In this document: piece by piece, positions 1-10,200 of the stretch | Numbering within the stretch: the stretch's first letter is position 1 | How the letters are laid out: each line of letters starts with the position of its first letter | NCBI GenBank assembly: GCA_963676915.2 | Contig: CAXXVK010000064.1 | Location: 29,441-93,440 of the forward strand | From: Myxococcota bacterium | Lineage (GTDB): Bacteria > Myxococcota_A > SURF-8 > G963663525 | Direction of reading: 5' to 3' | DNA length: 64,000 bases | Notes under the pieces: model-generated | What the model was told of the DNA's origin: nothing | The model's database searches: none | The model's input: the letters and a program-made list of their open reading frames with translations, nothing else | Position numbers and translations under genes: made by a program

Positions 1-83
1 CCTTGGTTATGCACAAGCTTTGAAAAAATGGGGGAAGTCCTGTTTTCTTTGCCCCGAATAATCCATGAAAATTCTTCGATTTT

Positions 84-1253
84 CTATGTCTTATAACGCG
101 CCTTCACAACGAGCGGGCATTCCGGGTCGGGTTCGTGCATGGAGCCGGTAAGGTGCAAAGCGACGGCGTGGCAACCACCTTTGCAGATCGTTCGATAGTC
201 GCAGCTTGCACAAGGTTCGGGAGGGCTTTCGTCCCAATGGCGGAAATCCTGAAACACGGGGTCCATTTCCCAGCGGGAGCGCAACTCGTCGGCGTGCCAG
301 TCGTTGACGGGATAAAAACTGCACGGTGAAACAAGACCTTCCGGCGTGACCCCGATCAGGTGGTTACCGCCTTCGCATCCCAGAACGCCGAAAAATTCCA
401 TGACGTTACGATCAGGAGCGTGACAAACCAGATGAGGTAGAAACGAGCAATCGACCTTGATCGATATCCGCGAACGCTTCCGAAGACGTTTAAGCAGCGG
501 AAAGAAGTTCACGCTTTGTTCATCGGTCAATCGGTGAGATTCGTAGTAATTCGCGCCTCGTCCCCCAGGTTTGAATCTCAGAAGTTCGACATCGTGCAGA
601 CGCAGGCGGCTGGCAAGTCGGATCACACCGGGGATTTCATCGTATGTCTGACGAGAAACCACCATGTTGATACCGCAGCGAACACGATGTTTTTTCAACA
701 ATTTCAAAGCATTGATGGATGTTTCGAGTCGTCCTCTTCGTCCGTGTCCTTTGTCCGATACGGAGTCGAGACTCACGTTGACCTGACCGAAAATTTTGCA
801 GGCCCGTGCCAGCATAGGGGTCAACGAACTTCCTTCGGTTGTCAGGTTGGGAACCAGACCCCGTTTTCGTGCATAGCGGGCGATTTCGAAAAGCGCTTTG
901 AGTTCAAGACTTTCGCCGCCACCCATTGCAACGTGAAACACGCCCATCGATGCTAGTTGGTCAATGATTTTCTTCCAACCTGCGATTCCGACTTCTCCCG
1001 GCAGAAAATCCTCTCCGTCGGGAGAGCGTTGCGAATCTACATAACAATGTGCGCAACCTCGCGAACATTTGCGCGATAGGATAAGATGTGCCTCGGTTGG
1101 TGCGCAAAGCGGTCCTTCGGGGCGTTCCCACAGGGGATGCTCGGGCAGTCCGATGTGTCGGACGAAATCGCGGTCCACATAGGCCAACAGGGGCGGATGC
1201 TCCAAGGCTAGAATGGCTCCGAATTGTTCGTAACGCAGTTTCATGGGCGGCAC
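84..1253 (-). CDS. Radical SAM / SPASM-domain protein
   Basis: CxxxCxxC motif (CSRGCAHC), GGE motif, C-terminal SPASM cysteines (CEGG...PCS...CASCDYRTICKGGC...C). Confidence 0.9.
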   Translation of the reverse strand: MPPMKLRYEQFGAILALEHPPLLAYVDRDFVRHIGLPEHPLWERPEGPLCAPTEAHLILSRKCSRGCAHCYVDSQRSPDGEDFLPGEVGIAGWKKIIDQLASMGVFHVAMGGGESLELKALFEIARYARKRGLVPNLTTEGSSLTPMLARACKIFGQVNVSLDSVSDKGHGRRGRLETSINALKLLKKHRVRCGINMVVSRQTYDEIPGVIRLASRLRLHDVELLRFKPGGRGANYYESHRLTDEQSVNFFPLLKRLRKRSRISIKVDCSFLPHLVCHAPDRNVMEFFGVLGCEGGNHLIGVTPEGLVSPCSFYPVNDWHADELRSRWEMDPVFQDFRHWDESPPEPCASCDYRTICKGGCHAVALHLTGSMHEPDPECPLVVKARYKT

Positions 1254-1304
1254 TATGGCACAAGCCGAACTCTTTGGCGATGACTTTTTCCCATCTCCGA
1301 TGAA

Positions 1305-2162
1305 TTGAAAGGCAGCAAAAGCAGGTTGAACCGTTTTCTTACATATTTGGCGACGTTGTTTGGGCGTTTACCCATTTCGTGGCTCGATTTTCTGTCCTTT
1401 GGATTGGCCGTATTGTGGTTTGACGTACTGCGCATTCGAAGAAAGCAGGTTGTGGCTCAACTTCTTGCGACCAACATTGCCCCCAATCGGAAAGAAGCCG
1501 TGACGATAGGACGGCGGAGCGTTCGTCATGTTTGTCGCGTGTTTTTCGATACTCTCGTACTTAGTGGATTGACCAAGCAAGAAATTCTCGCACCTATCGA
1601 TATTGGTCGTAGAGAGATCGTGGACGAGATCCTCAAGAACGGGAAAGGCGTGATCGTTTTAACGGCCCATCTTGGATATTTCGACCGCCTGGCCGTATCG
1701 CAAAGCGCCGAAGGTTATCCCCTTGTAATTATTACCAAACGACTTAAGCCTGCGTGGTTGCATCGTTTTTGGATGGCTTCCCGGCGTCGTTTCGGTTTGG
1801 AGATTCTGGAAACGGGAGGAACTTTCGAATCGTTGGCCGCAGCCCTCGAAGAAGGTAAAGCATTGGGATTGGTAGCCGACCAGCACGCGCCTCACGGAAA
1901 AAGAACGACGTTTTTCGGTTTGCCATGCCGATCCGTCTCGGGAATCGCAGAGTTATCGCTACGCACCCAAGCGCCTATCGTACCGATGGCGCTCGTTCGA
2001 GAAAACGGCAGACTTCACATGGTGGTGGAGAATCCTCTTCCTCCTGCAAAGCGGCAAGAAGATGTTCCCGAACTCGTGCAAAGTTGCCAACATTCGATTC
2101 AAAACCTTATCCGGCGCTATCCCGAGCAATGGCTCTGGCTTCATCGGCGCTGGAAAGGATGA
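1305..2162 (+). CDS. Lipid A lauroyl/lysophospholipid acyltransferase (LpxL/HtrB family)
   Basis: HxxxxD motif (TAHLGYFD), ADQH, FFG, C-terminal YPEQWLWLHRRWK. Confidence 0.9.
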   Translation: MKGSKSRLNRFLTYLATLFGRLPISWLDFLSFGLAVLWFDVLRIRRKQVVAQLLATNIAPNRKEAVTIGRRSVRHVCRVFFDTLVLSGLTKQEILAPIDIGRREIVDEILKNGKGVIVLTAHLGYFDRLAVSQSAEGYPLVIITKRLKPAWLHRFWMASRRRFGLEILETGGTFESLAAALEEGKALGLVADQHAPHGKRTTFFGLPCRSVSGIAELSLRTQAPIVPMALVRENGRLHMVVENPLPPAKRQEDVPELVQSCQHSIQNLIRRYPEQWLWLHRRWKG

Positions 2163-2172
2163 TACTCGATTT

Positions 2173-3894
2173 TTATTCCATCATGCAGGTTGTCTGAAGA
2201 GCCAATTCCCCAACCTCGATGCAGGTTGTTGGGCAGGTACGTAAGCATAAACCGCAACGGATGCAGCGTGAACCGTCGATACGAATGCCTTTTTCCGATT
2301 TGGAAAATGGGAGGTAATCCGAAAGTCTGGAAAACAGAGATTCCGTAACGATTTCACCGTTTCGTGTCAGGTCGATGCAGTTACGCGGGCAGATATCCAG
2401 GCATTTGTTGCAGTAAATACAATCTTCTTCACGAATGAAATAAAAGAGATTGCAGAGATAACAGCGGGAAGCTTCCTGGCGGCTTTGATCGTCGTCGTAT
2501 CCTGTTTCGGCTTCGATCGTTGGTGAAATGAGACGTTTGGCCGGATCGAGTTTCGGAAAGGGGAGGGGAGGAAGCTCATCCCATTCTTTTTTGCGTGGCG
2601 TATCGGCACAGGGATGGAGCGCCACGGTATCTTGGATACGTTTTTTTCCCATCAAGGCTTCATCGATTCGCCGGGCGACAGCTCGTCCCTGACCTATGGC
2701 ATCGATAACCGTGCGAGATCCGCTGGCAAAATCCCCGGCGGCAAAAAGGTTCGGCCATTCGCAGGTGCCGGTTTCTTTGTCGAAGTCTGGAAGATCCGGT
2801 AGCTGGTTTGTGTCTATTTCCTGTCCGATAGCGAAAATCACCGTATCGGTTTCTATCTCGAAAGGTGGATCATCGGTTCGTTTGGCAGTGCGGCTTCCGG
2901 TGGTTTTGTCGATTTGGATGCTCGTGCGCGCAAGGCTAAGGCGTTTAATCGATGTTTCCCCATGAATTTCCACAGGGATCGACAATTCCATAAGATGGAC
3001 GCCTTCTTCCAGCGTTTGTTCGAGATCTTCCACACGAATCGACATGTCCTCACGGGTTCGGCGAAGGATCAACCTGACGTCCACGCCACCGAGCCGTCTT
3101 GCCATACGGGCGCAGTCGATGGCTGTGAAACCTCCACCAATGACCACCACACGGCTGCCGACTTGTTCGATGCGTCCCGCATTGGCTTCCATCATGAATT
3201 CAAGTCCCTGATGCACGCCATCGAGATTCTGCCCTTCGATATCCAGACGGCGCGAACGCTGACAACCCAGTGCAAGCAAAACGGCGTCATGTTCTTTGTG
3301 CAACGTATCGAGAGAGAGATGTTGCCCCAGTTTTTTACCCACATGCACACGAATGTTTTCAGTTTGAATTTGTTCGAGTTCTCGCTGACGAATATCTGCC
3401 GGAAGGCGGAATTCGGGAATGGCGTAAGTCAGCATTCCACCCGGCTTTTCTCTCCCTTCATACAATTCGACGTGATGTCCCAACCTTGCGAGGTCATACG
3501 CCGCCGCCAGTCCTGCCGGTCCGGCTCCTACGATGGCAACGGTTTTTCCACTTGGCCCGAATAATGGTTCGAAAGCAGGAAGGTTTTCATCTCGTACGTC
3601 GGCGGATCGGCGTTTGAGGTGGCAGATGTTGACCGCTTCCCCAAGAGAGTCTTCACCATGTCGGCAGGCATCCTCGCAAGGACGGGAGCATATACGACCT
3701 AAACACGCCGGAAAAAGGTTGTGCTCGACGTTGATCCTATACGCTTTTTCGGGGTTGTCTTCCCATATGGCGCGAATGTATCCGGGAATATCGGTTTGTG
3801 CCGGGCACGCTGACCGACAGGGTATATTCTCCGATAGTGCGGAAAGCGTCAGCGATGGCAGCGAACGAGACGGCGGAAATTCGGGCCGGGTCAT
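2173..3894 (-). CDS. GltD/SudA-like FAD/NAD(P)H oxidoreductase with C-terminal 2x[4Fe-4S] ferredoxin domain
   Basis: CRSACP, GRICSRPCEDAC, GAGPAG and GGGFTAIDC Rossmann motifs, AAGD, C-terminal CIYCNKCLDICP and CIRCGLCLRTCP. Confidence 0.9.
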   Translation of the reverse strand: MTRPEFPPSRSLPSLTLSALSENIPCRSACPAQTDIPGYIRAIWEDNPEKAYRINVEHNLFPACLGRICSRPCEDACRHGEDSLGEAVNICHLKRRSADVRDENLPAFEPLFGPSGKTVAIVGAGPAGLAAAYDLARLGHHVELYEGREKPGGMLTYAIPEFRLPADIRQRELEQIQTENIRVHVGKKLGQHLSLDTLHKEHDAVLLALGCQRSRRLDIEGQNLDGVHQGLEFMMEANAGRIEQVGSRVVVIGGGFTAIDCARMARRLGGVDVRLILRRTREDMSIRVEDLEQTLEEGVHLMELSIPVEIHGETSIKRLSLARTSIQIDKTTGSRTAKRTDDPPFEIETDTVIFAIGQEIDTNQLPDLPDFDKETGTCEWPNLFAAGDFASGSRTVIDAIGQGRAVARRIDEALMGKKRIQDTVALHPCADTPRKKEWDELPPLPFPKLDPAKRLISPTIEAETGYDDDQSRQEASRCYLCNLFYFIREEDCIYCNKCLDICPRNCIDLTRNGEIVTESLFSRLSDYLPFSKSEKGIRIDGSRCIRCGLCLRTCPTTCIEVGELALQTTCMME

Positions 3895-4012
3895 AAGGCT
3901 CCCCTTCGAGAGAAAAGTGATAGGAATACAAGTGGATACATCGATACATCGTATCCTACCATATCACAATTTCTTTGTGAAACCCATGATCGTTGGCAGG
4001 CGTTGTGACTCC

Positions 4013-5548
4013 TTACGGTTTTGGTGTTTCAGTTGTTAGAAACGAGAGCAGTTCCTCTTTCGTGAGGGTTTGATTCTTTTCGGAGAAACGAAACGTTTGG
4101 TCGTCGATCACGGTAATTTGGAGGTTCGAAGCGGTTTTTTCCGTATCCAATCGACAAGAGATGCCTCGTTGGTTGAGGGTTCTCATCAGGTCGTAGGCCA
4201 CACTAAAGCGGTTTGAGGCTGCAAGGATCGAAACTCGTGGGAAATCGGGAGCTTGTATGGTGTCGTTTCGTTCAATCGCCGATAGCAATGTTTCCAGATC
4301 GATCGCCATCCCCACCGCGGCAAGATTCGACTCCGGTTCGTTCGATGGTCCTGAACGCTGTACCAACCATTTTACGAGGGAATCGTATCGTCCACCTCTG
4401 GCAATCGCTTCGATTTCTTCCGGCACGCGGGCTTCGAAAGTCAGGCCGTTGTAGTAACTAAACCCTTTTCCAGGCGGAGGATCGATATCGACTTCCACAC
4501 CCGCCGAAGCCGTGGTTTCTAGGATTTCACGAAACGATTCCAACAGGGGCCGTGAAGCTTCGCAACGTGCAACGTAAGGTTCGGCCTTTGAAAGAAATTC
4601 TTCCCAATTGCCGGAAAGTTTGGACAAATTCAGAGCTTCGGTGATGCTCTCGTCCGATAGATGCAAGGCATGTCGCCAAGCTGTCGTGACAAGCATTTGC
4701 TGGAGTTCGGGGAGTTGCGCTCTCCAGTGTTCCAGAGAAAAATCCGTAGGTTTGGCTTCGGGATCGAACTCCTCCGGCCTATCTTGTGGTTCCAACCAGT
4801 CGTATAGATTGACCATACGGTCGAAACGATTTTTCATTCGGGCGAGCATCCAGGGCACGTGAAGGTTCAGTTCCTCGTTGTCGGCTCGAACGAGACGACG
4901 CAGAAAGCCGGTTCGTCGGATTGCCATCAGCACGGAAGACGCCTGTTCCGGGATGACGCCGCAGGAAATGATCCAGTGCTCGAAAAGCTCGGCGTGACCT
5001 GCATGAAGAGAAAATCGTTCGATTCCGCACGTTTTCAACAAATCATGGCACAAACAGAGAATTTCCGCGTCCGCAGCGGTTCCTTTTAAGCCCAGAATTT
5101 CGGCATCGACCTGTCCGCGCTCCTTCAGTTGCCGCAATGGATCGAGATCCTGAAAGATTCTTCCCGATGAACAGACACGCATGGGGAAAGAGGGCTTTCG
5201 ACTTCCGAACAATGAGGACCGTACAAGCGGTGCGGTCAATTCGGGACGCAACGCGACTTCGTTGGTTTCTTCCTCGAAATCTAAGCTGGACGGATCTTCG
5301 GAACTATGTGACGAAAACGTTCGCCATTCCCCGATTCTACCAAGAATCAGGTTCGAAAACGGATCGACGCCGATGCGGTCGGGATGATACAGGTCGATGT
5401 ATTCCAGCGAGGAGATTTGGCAGGGATCGAAACCCCTTAGACGCAACTGATCCAGCAGAAGGTTTTCAACTCCCCGGTAGCGAAGAGCAGCGTCCCCATG
5501 CAATTCCCTGAATCCGGCGGGCAAAGTGAAACGATGAGATTCGTTCAT
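4013..5548 (-). CDS. HisZ / histidyl-tRNA synthetase-like protein with degenerate catalytic motifs
   Basis: LPAGFRE N-terminus, ALRPELTAP, GFSYYNGLTFE, RGGRYD; start taken at ATG 5548. Confidence 0.75.
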   Translation of the reverse strand: MNESHRFTLPAGFRELHGDAALRYRGVENLLLDQLRLRGFDPCQISSLEYIDLYHPDRIGVDPFSNLILGRIGEWRTFSSHSSEDPSSLDFEEETNEVALRPELTAPLVRSSLFGSRKPSFPMRVCSSGRIFQDLDPLRQLKERGQVDAEILGLKGTAADAEILCLCHDLLKTCGIERFSLHAGHAELFEHWIISCGVIPEQASSVLMAIRRTGFLRRLVRADNEELNLHVPWMLARMKNRFDRMVNLYDWLEPQDRPEEFDPEAKPTDFSLEHWRAQLPELQQMLVTTAWRHALHLSDESITEALNLSKLSGNWEEFLSKAEPYVARCEASRPLLESFREILETTASAGVEVDIDPPPGKGFSYYNGLTFEARVPEEIEAIARGGRYDSLVKWLVQRSGPSNEPESNLAAVGMAIDLETLLSAIERNDTIQAPDFPRVSILAASNRFSVAYDLMRTLNQRGISCRLDTEKTASNLQITVIDDQTFRFSEKNQTLTKEELLSFLTTETPKP

Positions 5549-5610
5549 GTCGGTTCCGATGCTCGAAATGTCGAAAGTTCTTTTCCCGGGCGATTCCATA
5601 CGAATCCGGG

Positions 5611-6054
5611 TCAATCGTCGGGTTGGCGATCCCTCAAACCGCCTACGATCATCCATTGACCGTTTTTTCGGTGCAGGATCAGACGTTCGGCGCCCTTGAC
5701 TTTGAACTGATTTTTATCGGAAAACATCGTGGCTTTGAAGTCCTGCTCGGCAAAAATTTCCTCGCCACGAATCTGAACGTCTCGCCGGAGGACCGTCAAC
5801 TCGACTTTGGAAACGCCTTCGAAAGTTTTTCGAATCATTTCCATCAGGCTGGCGCGGTCGCCGATCTCGTCTTTGTAGTCGGGCGAAATCAGTTTTTCGT
5901 ATGCAGCGACATCCGCCGTTTCCATCGCTTTTTTTCGGGCGTCGAGGACACGATTGGCGTCCTTGGCCATGCGTTCTTCCCGGCTTTCGCAGGCGGTGAG
6001 GAAGGACGTAAACACCGCTAATAAAAAGAACGAGCGACAACAAAAACGGATCAT
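5611..6054 (-). CDS. NTF2-like (DUF4440-type) lipoprotein
   Basis: Lipobox LTAC; LISPDY and GQWMIVGG pattern; ATG overlaps the bamD stop. Confidence 0.65.
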   Translation of the reverse strand: MIRFCCRSFFLLAVFTSFLTACESREERMAKDANRVLDARKKAMETADVAAYEKLISPDYKDEIGDRASLMEMIRKTFEGVSKVELTVLRRDVQIRGEEIFAEQDFKATMFSDKNQFKVKGAERLILHRKNGQWMIVGGLRDRQPDD

Positions 6055-7121
6055 GGGGGCGGTACTTTGTCCACGATCTCTCCGGCCTTGCGTTTGCGAC
6101 GTTCTTCTTCCATTTGTTTCATGTAGTCTTCTTCCCACGTCGCCTCCTTCAATCGTCTTTCAACGAGTTGATCCTGCAACTTGCGCCATAACAGTTCTTT
6201 TCGCTTGTTCCAAAGCGCTTTCAACTCTTCGTTTTCTTCGTCGTCCGATTCGGTCCACGTTTCCGATTTCTGCTTCAACTCTTCAATCTGCGCTAGAGCT
6301 TGCCGTTCTATAGGAGTTTCCGGGTGACTTTCGGCCAGAAATCCCCACATCCTACCAGCGTTTTCCATGTCGTGGTCTTCTTCGTATGCTTTGGCAAGCA
6401 TTTCCACGAGTTCAGCGGACTCCGCCGTTACTGGGTGATCCAAAAACAGCCGTTCCAGCCGCATGATCGCGCCCCGTGGCTTATCGCGATCAAGGTAATA
6501 ATTGGCCACATACAATTCCCGGTCGATGATTCGTTTCATGCAGTAGGCTTTTTTCGAAAGCGCTGCATAGATATACGCCCGGATCTGTAGGTATTGCCGT
6601 TGTTGGCAATAGGTGATTTTTTCCGGTCGGAAGTCCGGCGGATAGTAGTAATCCTGCGCATCTTCCATATTCAGCAGCCGTTTGTATTCCCGTAGGGCTT
6701 TTTCCGTCATCTCGATGTCTTTTTCATACACCGGCGGCATGAACCACCAATCTTCCGGCATCTGTTCGTAGTACGATTCAGAGATTCTGTATTGGGAATA
6801 CGGAACGCAGGGATGTACGGGATATTTTCTTTGAAAATTTTTATAGGCGTCCACAGCGTCGAGATATTGCTCGCGCTTGAATTTCGTGTCGGCAGCCATC
6901 AATTCAGAGGTTTTGGCCAACTGAGAAAAAGAATATTTGTTTTTCACGAGTTGGAAATATTTCTCGGCGAGTTCGTATTCCTCCCGTTTGAGGTATTTAA
7001 CTCCCTCCTCGAAATTGAGTCGCGCCGAGTCCTGATAGTCTTTGCCGATGATTTCCTCGAATGTCGCGCATCCGGAAAGCAGCAAGGACAGAAACAACAG
7101 TTGGGTAATACGTCGAAACAC
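6051..7121 (-). CDS. bamD: Outer membrane protein assembly factor BamD (TPR lipoprotein)
   Basis: Lipobox LSGC, TPR helices, F..KYP.HP...Y..Y and ELYVANYYL motifs. Confidence 0.85.
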   Translation of the reverse strand: MFRRITQLLFLSLLLSGCATFEEIIGKDYQDSARLNFEEGVKYLKREEYELAEKYFQLVKNKYSFSQLAKTSELMAADTKFKREQYLDAVDAYKNFQRKYPVHPCVPYSQYRISESYYEQMPEDWWFMPPVYEKDIEMTEKALREYKRLLNMEDAQDYYYPPDFRPEKITYCQQRQYLQIRAYIYAALSKKAYCMKRIIDRELYVANYYLDRDKPRGAIMRLERLFLDHPVTAESAELVEMLAKAYEEDHDMENAGRMWGFLAESHPETPIERQALAQIEELKQKSETWTESDDEENEELKALWNKRKELLWRKLQDQLVERRLKEATWEEDYMKQMEEERRKRKAGEIVDKVPPP

Positions 7122-7211
7122 GGATTCTCCTCATCGTCTGGCAAGGTTACCGCTCTCTTGTACTCGGCTGTCCGAACAATGTCAACGAGATTGCCGTCCG
7201 CATCGACACCG

Positions 7212-10200
7212 TTACGGAGAAGCTTCGTTGGCAGAGGATCGTTCGGAACTCTCCGGCAGTGATTCCGAAACCTTGTTGGAGCGCGATTTCATAGAAGGTT
7301 GCGGCGGTGGTTCGTTCCCGAACGACGTATGCCAGAACACGTCCATACCACCGACACTTGCATCGCCGTAAAACGTTTCAAGATCCCATTGGGGCGTCAA
7401 CATCAGATCGACTTTCAATTCGGCGCGGTTCACGTCTTCCGGGGCATTGTGGTGGTAAGACGACTCCACCATGATTCTCCGGGTCAGGCGCTTGCCGACG
7501 GTGAGAATCGGTTCTTCGGTGGTTTCTCCAAACGTCAGGCTTACGCGGTCGATACCCAACCGGTCGCTCATCTGCCGCTGCAATTCGGGGTATTGGAAGG
7601 CGATCAGTCCCGCGCCAAGGTTGGCGGCTTTTCCCTGCACCTGGTCGTCGCTGTCCTCGTTGGTTTCCGTGGTACCGGTCACCAATAACGTGAAGATCTG
7701 ATATTGAGGCATTGCAGGTTCGGAGGAAAACGCCAGATCCGGTCGGCTAGCCGGGCCTTTGACGTTCAAATACACTCGTGCTTCGGGGGTATCGGCTCCG
7801 GCAGTGAGGTTGATGTATGGCTCGTTTTGCGTGCCGTCGGGGAAACTCAGCAGCGCTTGTTCGACCTCGAAGCTGTTGCCTAAAAATTCGAACCAGCCTC
7901 GTTTGTTTTCCAAACCTCCGGTAACCGCCGTTCCTTCCTCTTCCTGAGCGACATCGAGCACGCCGCCCCAGGACATATCCACCTGATTTCCAAGAATGAC
8001 GATAGGGTCGGTGATATCTACATGAATACCGAGATTCGGGCCTTTGGTGGCGGATGTTTCGGTTTTCGGCTTGGATTTCTCCTCTTCCACAAAAACGATG
8101 TGCGCGTTTTTAGGGATATCCTTTGGAGTATCCGACGTGAAACTGAGCACGGTTACCTGGGTTTCTCGAAGTGTCACGCCCAAAAGGATATCGTCAGCAT
8201 TACTTGAAACGCCCAGATCCACTTTAGCATCGAGGCGACTTGGCGGAACTCCTGGAAATTCCAGGGGAAACGAGACGAAATCGAGTGTCCACGTGCCATT
8301 CGGCTCGAATTTTTCGCCAAGGGTAAGCTTCCCTTTCATGTCCATGGAACCGGAACCGCTAGCCAACGAAAGGTTTTGCAAATCGATTTGTTTCGTATCG
8401 GTCAGTTTCAGAGACAAATCGATGTTTTTGTACCTCTGATACAAATCAACAACGGTAACTTCGCCGCTTTCCAGGCCGATGGTTCCGTTAACCGAAGGCT
8501 CTCCCACGGTTCCGTCAACATCCAACGCAAGGTTCAATTGTCCGCGCAGGTCGTAAAGGGCGTCAGGCAACAGTGGATTGAGGGTTTCGAGTTCGAAACG
8601 GTTCATGCTAAGATTGGCTTCGATGGGAATGGTTTCGGCTTTTACCGTTCCATCCATCAAACCTCCGACCTTTGCTCCGGCTTTGGCTTCAAGCGACAGG
8701 GCGAAGGGGCCGGACTCGTCGAATTTAGCGTGGACCGTCTGTTGTTCCGGTTGAGCATGGACTTGAATTTGTAAAGGAATTTCAAGGTCTTCCCGAGAAA
8801 TTGATCCCTCAACGGTGATTTTTGCATCCGGCTGGCGAATGGTTCCGTTGAATTCCCCTTCGTTTTCAATGGTGAATTTCGTTCCTTTGGGAAGTTTCAC
8901 GAAGGGCGTGATCTCCGCTTCCGAAAAATCGGAGAGCTTCCAGTGAGCGTGATGAGACGAATGCTCTTTCCAGACAAACGAGCCACTCGTAAGATTCAAT
9001 GTGGCCGGTACCGTTGCCGCAAGGACGAATTTTTCCTGATTTTCCTTTTCTAATCGTAGGTTTACGTCGATTTTTCTTTTTTTCCAATCCACGGTCGTTT
9101 GAAGATCCCCGTACGGATGTTCCTTCACGGTAAGTTGTCGTATATCCGTGGCGAGGTGGATGATCGGAGCAGATCCCGGACCTTTCAAGTGGATTTTCAC
9201 ATCGGTCTGACCCGAAAGTTCCGGTTCCGACACCACTTTTTTCAATGTGGCAAGTTCAAACGCTTCGAGTTGTACATTAAGATCGCTGGTTCTTTTGGGA
9301 TTGAAACGACCGTCTACGGTCAATAAAGCTTCCTCGATACCCAATCCGAGATGCTTAACCTGCACCGCCGATCCGTTGACGACAACACGTCCCGGTTGTG
9401 CCACAAAAAGCGCGATGTCGGCGATTTTTCCCGTTCCTTCGGTAAGGTCAACCGTCAAAGGTGGACCGGGTTTCAGTCGAATCGAGAACGAACCTGCGTT
9501 CGTTTCATCTTTTTCGATGGAGCACGTCGCCTTTAGGTTTTTGGGGGTGCCTTTGGCGTTCAAATCGATACGTTTTAATGGAAGATCGGGCAAACTCAGG
9601 TTCTCGACGGATACCCGCGTATCGAACGCCTGTTTCGTTGCAACGTCCTTGGCGTCGAGATCGAGCGTAACCTTTTGCACGACAATCTGTTGTTCGGCAG
9701 CCTTCAACGCTTCGAGCAGCGCCGAGATCGTGCACGAGGGGTTCCGCAATTCTCCTTTGCATTGGCCTTGCAGATCCAAACGACCATCAATGCCTTTGAC
9801 GGCAAAAGCCGAGGCGATGGTTCCTAATGTGTCGGAATTAACGGAGAAATCCGCCTCGATGCGATCTTTTTGCGGGGAATGAGCCTTTGCCTGCACCAGA
9901 ATGTCTGCAATGTCTACCTTCAGCTTTCCGTGTGCTTTCATGTCTTCCAAAGAGGCGTCGAGATCGACGCTGAAAGCTCCGAATGGTTCCAACGTACAGT
10001 CTTTGCAATGAAAGGAGGCATCGGCTTTGAGGGTTTCGAGTTCGCTCCCTGTCGCTTTGAGTCTGCCTTTTCCGCCAAGTTTTCCCTTTAAGGGTAGGCC
10101 GTATTTTTGAGGCGGAAGATTGGAAAAACGGTAGTCGAGATCCGCTTGCGGCTTGGGTTCGGCGGCTACCGTTCCATGGATATCTACGGTGGAAGTGCCC

